This document shows, piece by piece, positions 59,482 to 64,000 of a stretch of DNA of 64,000 nucleotides. Source of the DNA: Thermoanaerobaculia bacterium (GTDB lineage: Bacteria > Acidobacteriota > Thermoanaerobaculia > Multivoradales > Multivoraceae); contig OY762911.1 in the NCBI GenBank assembly GCA_963666565.1, forward strand, positions 2,688,001 to 2,752,000, in the 5' to 3' direction. The position numbers and the translations under genes were made by a program. Below the pieces are notes generated by a model that did not search any database, had not been told where the DNA came from, and saw only the letters and a program-made list of their open reading frames with translations. Position 1 is the first letter of the stretch, and each line of letters starts with the position of its first letter.

Positions 59482-60651
59482 ATGCCGCGGTCCGCTTTCG
59501 CTCAACGTCTTCGCTTCGCCGCGCCCTGCGCGGCCGGTCTTCTCATCGCGCTCTCGGGGGGCGGCGTCGCTCTCGCCGCCGACGACGAGGTCCGCCTGGA
59601 CCTGATCGAGCTTCCCGCCGGTTTCTCGATCGACGTCTTCGCCGCGGAGATCGACAACGCACGCTCGCTGGCCCAGAGCCCGTCCGGGACCGTCTTCGTC
59701 GGCACCGGACGCAGGGGCGGCGGCGTCGTTCATGCCGTCGTCGATTCGGACGGGGACGGAAGGGCCGACGACCGCTACCGCATCGGCGGCGACCTGAACT
59801 GGCCGAACGGCGTCGCCTTCCACGAAGGCGACCTGTACGTTGCGGAGATCAGCCGCGTACTTCGGTTCGCGGAGATCGAGAGCCGGCTCGACTCACCGCC
59901 CGCGCCGGTCGTGGTCACTGCCGACCTGCCGGAGGAGACTCATCACGGCTGGAAGTTCATCCGTTTCGGTCCCGACGGGCGGCTCTATGTGCCGGTGGGC
60001 GCCCCGTGCAACATCTGCGACGAAGGGGATCCCTTCGCGACGATCCTCCGGCTGGACGAGGCGGGCGGCTACGAGGTCGTCGCCCGCGGCGTGCGCAACA
60101 CGGTCGGCTTCGACTGGCGTCCGAGCACGAGCGAACTGTGGTTCACGGACAACGGCCGGGACATGATGGGCGACGACGTTCCGCCCGACGAACTGAACGT
60201 GCTGACGGAGGACGGCCAGCACTTCGGCTACCCCTACTGCCACGGTCAGGACATTCCCGACCCGGAGTTCGGCGACCGGCGTTCCTGCGGCGAACTCGTG
60301 CCGCCGGCCATCGACCTCGGCCCGCACGTGGCGGCCGTGGGCATGCGCTTCTACCGGGGCGATGCCTTCCCTGAGCGCTACCGCGGGCAGATCTTCATCG
60401 CCGAACACGGTTCCTGGAACCGCAGCAACAAGATCGGCTACCGGGTCATGGTGGTTCACGTCGACCGGGACGGCCAGGCGACGGACTACGAGGAGTTCGC
60501 CACCGGTTGGCTCCAGGGCGAAGACTCGTGGGGCCGCCCGGTCGACGTGATGGAACGCGCCGACGGGTCGCTTCTCGTGTCGGACGACCAGCGCGGCGCG
60601 ATCTACCGCATCGTCCATGACGGGTCCGCGGCCGCGGCCGCCGGAGAGTAG
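59482..60651 (+). CDS. Glucose/sorbosone dehydrogenase-family protein, tandem paralog without the C-terminal domain
   Basis: Same motifs as the upstream paralog; SD gaggag; signal peptide. Confidence 0.92.
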   Translation: MPRSAFAQRLRFAAPCAAGLLIALSGGGVALAADDEVRLDLIELPAGFSIDVFAAEIDNARSLAQSPSGTVFVGTGRRGGGVVHAVVDSDGDGRADDRYRIGGDLNWPNGVAFHEGDLYVAEISRVLRFAEIESRLDSPPAPVVVTADLPEETHHGWKFIRFGPDGRLYVPVGAPCNICDEGDPFATILRLDEAGGYEVVARGVRNTVGFDWRPSTSELWFTDNGRDMMGDDVPPDELNVLTEDGQHFGYPYCHGQDIPDPEFGDRRSCGELVPPAIDLGPHVAAVGMRFYRGDAFPERYRGQIFIAEHGSWNRSNKIGYRVMVVHVDRDGQATDYEEFATGWLQGEDSWGRPVDVMERADGSLLVSDDQRGAIYRIVHDGSAAAAAGE

Positions 60652-60655
60652 GCGC

Positions 60656-61915
60656 GTGCCGCCGATCGATCCGACCGTCGTCGAGGCGGCGCGAACTCGC
60701 TACGACGCGGCCCGCGCGGCCGGACTCGACCTCGACATGACCCGCGGCAAGCCGTCGCCGGAGCAGCTCGCCCGCTCTCACGGCCTGCTGCGGGCGGTCG
60801 AACGGGAGGACAGCCCCGCCGGCGACGGCACGGACTGCCGCAACTACGGCGGCGACCCGCGCGGCCTGCCGGAGATGCGGACGATCTTCGGCGAGATCCT
60901 GGAGATCGATCCGGACCTCGTGTTCGTCGGCGGCAACGCGAGCCTGCAGTGGATGCACGACCTGGTCGTGCAGGCGATGCTGGTGGGCGTGCCGGGCGGC
61001 GATCCCTGGGGCGGACCGAGGCGCTCGACGCCGGTGAAGTTCCTCTGCCCCTGTCCCGGCTACGACCGGCACTTTGCCCTGCTCGAGCGCTTCGGCATCG
61101 AGATGCTGCCGATCGCGATGGGCGGCGACGGCCCCGACGTGGACGAGGTCGCGCGGCTGGCCGGCGAGGATCCGAACGTCAAGGGGATGTTCTGCGTGCC
61201 GCGCTACAGCAACCCCACCGGCGTCACGTACTCGGACGACGTCGTCGAGGCGATCGCCGCCATGACGACCGCGGCGCCGGACTTCCGCGTGATTTGGGAC
61301 GACGCCTACGCGCTGCACGCGTTCGAGGGCGAACCGGACCGGCTCGCCAACCTCTACGACCGCTGCGCCGCGCACGGCAACGAGGACCGGCCCTTCCTCG
61401 TCACCTCGTTCTCGAAGGTCACCTTCGGCGGCGCCGGACTGGCCGCCGCGGCGGCGAGCCCCGCGAACGGCGACTGGATCCGGAGCTTCCGGTCGATCCA
61501 GACGATCGGGCCGAACAAGCTGAACCAGCTCGCCCACGCCCGCTTCTTCGACGGTTCCCTCTCCGCGGTGCGGGATCACATGAAGGGGCACGCGGACCTG
61601 ATCCGGCCGAAGTTCGAGACCGTGCTGCGCGTGCTCGACGAGACGCTGGGAGACCTCGGCGTGGCGACCTGGAGTCGGCCCCGGGGCGGCTACTTCGTCA
61701 GCCTGGACACGGAACCGGGCCGCGCGCGCGAAGTGGTCGAGATGGCGGGGGCCGCGGGAGTCAAGCTGACGCCCGCGGGCGCCACCTTCCCGTACGGCGT
61801 CGATCCGCAGGACCGGAACATCCGCATCGCGCCGACGCTGCCGGGCCTCTCCGAGATCGAGACCGCGACCCGGCTGCTCGCCGACTGCATCGTCCTCGCC
61901 AGCGCCAGCGGGTAA
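60656..61915 (+). CDS. PLP-dependent aminotransferase class I/II (Rv3722c-like aspartate aminotransferase type)
   Basis: LDMTRGKPS, DCRNYG, CPGYDRHF, VPRYSNPTG, WDDAY, SFSKVTF (PLP Lys), NIRIAPT. Confidence 0.9.
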   Translation: MPPIDPTVVEAARTRYDAARAAGLDLDMTRGKPSPEQLARSHGLLRAVEREDSPAGDGTDCRNYGGDPRGLPEMRTIFGEILEIDPDLVFVGGNASLQWMHDLVVQAMLVGVPGGDPWGGPRRSTPVKFLCPCPGYDRHFALLERFGIEMLPIAMGGDGPDVDEVARLAGEDPNVKGMFCVPRYSNPTGVTYSDDVVEAIAAMTTAAPDFRVIWDDAYALHAFEGEPDRLANLYDRCAAHGNEDRPFLVTSFSKVTFGGAGLAAAAASPANGDWIRSFRSIQTIGPNKLNQLAHARFFDGSLSAVRDHMKGHADLIRPKFETVLRVLDETLGDLGVATWSRPRGGYFVSLDTEPGRAREVVEMAGAAGVKLTPAGATFPYGVDPQDRNIRIAPTLPGLSEIETATRLLADCIVLASASG

Positions 61916-61930
61916 CCCGCTGCCGCCGGG

Positions 61931-62003
61931 CTGGGTGCGCGGGTCTTCCGACCCGCTGCCGCCGAAGGCGGCCGGGAGAACGCCAGCCGTCGGCTCGGCG
62001 CCG
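61931..62003 (+). repeat. REP-like double-hairpin element between convergent genes
   Basis: ctgggtgc, gcgggtc-ttcc-gacccgc, t, gccgcc-gaa-ggcggc, cgggagaacgccagccgtcggctcggcgccg. Confidence 0.88.
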
Positions 62004-62016
62004 TTTCGCGACGCTC

Positions 62017-63354
62017 CTAGTCGATGTAGCCGAGGCTCTTCAACTGGCGGACGTCCTCCTCGCTGAGGACGGTTCCGCTCTTCGCCTCGTACTTCGGCAG
62101 GTTCCGGTACCAGTTCACCAAGCGCCGGCCGAGCGGCGGCACGAGGTCGACGGGCGGCGCGGGCAGCGGCCGCTGCTCTTCCGGGTCGACCGTGAGGTCG
62201 AAGTACACCGTCCTGCGCTTCGAGAAGTCGTGGAGGACCTTGGCGCCGTCGAGTTCCATGCTGATCTGCAGGGGGTCCTCGTAGGGCGCGCTGCGGCGCG
62301 ACTTCGCCATCAGGGCGCTGTGCTTGTCGCCGACGACGAAGCGGGGCCGCTCCTCGCCGCCGGGTTCTTCGCCGACCGGCGCCAGGCTTCGCCCCTCGAC
62401 GTTGGCGGGGGCCTCCCGTTCGAGCAGGTCGAGGACGGTCGGCAGCACGTCGACCACGCCGACCGCGGCCTCGACGCGCCGGCCCGCGGGAACCCCTGGG
62501 CCCGCGAGGATCATGGGTATGCGCGCGTTGGGCCAGTGGACGTTCTTGCCGTGGCCCCAGTAGCCGTGCTCTCCCATGCTCTCGCCGTGATCGCTCAGGA
62601 ACAGGGTGTAGCGGGGGCCCGAGAGGAGCTCCTCGATCGCCTCGGACAGCCGGCCCAGCCAGTGGTCGACGTAGTTCACCTCCGACTGGTAGCGCCAGCG
62701 GCGCTGCCAACCGCTCGTGCGCTCGGCGCGGGGCGGCGGCGGGGGCGTGAAGCCGGTCCGTTCCAGGTACGGGTCGTGCGGGTCCGAGAAGTGGACCCAG
62801 AGAAAGAGCGGGCGCCCGCTCCGCTCCTCGTCGCCGGCGCGGACGCGCAGCCAGCGCTCCGCTGCCTTGGCGACGCTGTCGGCATGGCGCTCCATCACGC
62901 CGACGGCGTTGCGGGCCCGGTCGAACTCCTCGTCGTAGTGGTCGAAACCGCGGTCGAGGCCGACCAGGTCGGCCCGCAGCGTCCAGTTCGAGATGAAGGC
63001 GGCCGACTCGTAGCCCGCTTCGCCCAGGATCTCGGCCAGGACCGGGACGTCGGTTCGCATCCGCTGGGCGTTTCGCCGCGACCCGTGGGTCGGCGGGTAG
63101 AGCGACGTGAAGATCGAGGCGAAGGCGGGGCCGGTCTTGCCGATCGTCGTGTGCGCGTCCTCGAACAGCACGCCCGCCGCCGCGAGGTCGTCGATCGCGG
63201 GCGTCTCGGCGGTTTCGGCGCCGTAAGCCCCGATGGCGTCGGCGCGCAGGGTGTCCACCGAGAGCAGCACGAAGTGCGGCTCGGCCGCGGAAAGCGGGGC
63301 GCAGAACGCCGCCGCCAGCGCCGTCGCGACGAGCAGGCGTCGTGCGGCGTTCAC
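62017..63354 (-). CDS. Sulfatase-like (alkaline phosphatase superfamily) protein with signal peptide
   Basis: SVDTLRAD, TGPAFASIFTSLYP, WVHFSDPHDPY, SDHGESMGEH..GHG, C-terminal QLKSLGYI; GTG 63354 overlaps the upstream stop. Confidence 0.9.
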   Translation of the reverse strand: MNAARRLLVATALAAAFCAPLSAAEPHFVLLSVDTLRADAIGAYGAETAETPAIDDLAAAGVLFEDAHTTIGKTGPAFASIFTSLYPPTHGSRRNAQRMRTDVPVLAEILGEAGYESAAFISNWTLRADLVGLDRGFDHYDEEFDRARNAVGVMERHADSVAKAAERWLRVRAGDEERSGRPLFLWVHFSDPHDPYLERTGFTPPPPPRAERTSGWQRRWRYQSEVNYVDHWLGRLSEAIEELLSGPRYTLFLSDHGESMGEHGYWGHGKNVHWPNARIPMILAGPGVPAGRRVEAAVGVVDVLPTVLDLLEREAPANVEGRSLAPVGEEPGGEERPRFVVGDKHSALMAKSRRSAPYEDPLQISMELDGAKVLHDFSKRRTVYFDLTVDPEEQRPLPAPPVDLVPPLGRRLVNWYRNLPKYEAKSGTVLSEEDVRQLKSLGYID

Positions 63355-64000
63355 GCCGTGACGGCCCCGAAGGCGACGGCCTCTTCCCGGGTATCGATGT
63401 CCCGTGCCAGCGACATCGCCTCGACGACCGGCATGCGCACCTTGCGCTCCGGGTGCCGGCGCCGGTGCCGGCGCTTGATGAACATGCGGCGCAGCGCCAG
63501 TTCGAGCTCGGACTGCTGGATGACCTTCTCCTTGAGGCGCCGGGCCGCCCGCGTGCCGGACAGCAGCGTGTCCCAGGTGAAGGTGGGCAGCCGGAGGTTC
63601 AGCATGTGAATGAAGTCCTGGACGAGCATGATCCATAGCAGGCGCCGGGCCATGTAGCCGCTGCGGTAGAGGATCGGCCGGTTGCGCGTGCGGTAGCCGA
63701 GGTCCATCAGCCGGTAGATGAACTTCCAGCGGAGCGCCGCGGAGTCGAACATCGCCAGGTGGCCGGGCAGCACGGGGACCGGCGCCCCGCCGCCGTCGGG
63801 CTTGACGTGGTACTGCGGCTTCCACTCCGAGGCGCCGAGATTCTCCGGATCGCGTGGCGCCCGGACCATGGGGAAGAAGAAGTCGACCGGCCCGTTGCCC
63901 CAGTAGTCCTCGACGACCGTCCGGAGTTCGTCCGGTTCGGGCACGATGTCGCAGGTCGTGACCGCCAGCGGCCCGTCGCCGTGCCGGCGGCGGGCCGCCT
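63351..64000 (-). CDS. 5'-partial gene, possibly a MobA-like nucleotidyltransferase C-terminal part
   Basis: Frame open to the window edge: ..GPLAVTTCDIVPE.. and terminal SLARDIDTREE resemble the conserved Asp motifs of NTP transferases. Confidence 0.5.
   Translation of the reverse strand, partial: AARRRHGDGPLAVTTCDIVPEPDELRTVVEDYWGNGPVDFFFPMVRAPRDPENLGASEWKPQYHVKPDGGGAPVPVLPGHLAMFDSAALRWKFIYRLMDLGYRTRNRPILYRSGYMARRLLWIMLVQDFIHMLNLRLPTFTWDTLLSGTRAARRLKEKVIQQSELELALRRMFIKRRHRRRHPERKVRMPVVEAMSLARDIDTREEAVAFGAVTA

Noticed and set aside
1-64000. tRNA, rRNA, integrase, transposase or prophage genes
   Set aside because: No recognisable signatures by eye; a tRNAscan or ISEScan run would be needed to exclude them formally.

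Overview
Very GC-rich, gene-dense bacterial window, most likely from an Acidobacteriota (Thermoanaerobaculia-like, possibly sponge-associated) genome. That taxonomy is inferred from an acidobacterial-type VWA protein and a lineage-typical Cys-bounded C-terminal domain. Content is mainly metabolism and transport: a hydantoinase/oxoprolinase A half, a TolC plus two MFP-RND efflux pairs, M16/M20/metzincin peptidases, GGT, two xanthine-oxidase-family molybdoenzyme clusters (form II CoxSL-like; Tat-exported PaoABC-like plus cytochrome b), a haloalkane dehalogenase, a long ICL2-type isocitrate lyase, FabI, tandem sorbosone dehydrogenases and a sulfatase-like enzyme. Unusual elements: (1) a coupled hicB-hicA-sacsin-like GHKL ATPase/DUF3883 nuclease cassette, a candidate defence system; (2) a vapBC cassette bracketed by a 44-bp duplication of the upstream gene's 3' end; (3) a paralogous MoxR AAA+ and AAA+-VWA fusion pair, both with non-canonical Walker B; (4) a dispersed double-hairpin REP-like element, two copies of which may be translated inside signal peptides; (5) a highly structured ~390-bp intergenic region; (6) a multiply frameshifted surface-protein locus. 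No rRNA, tRNA, CRISPR array, integrase or transposase was recognised. All product calls come from motif recognition by eye; no database search was run.
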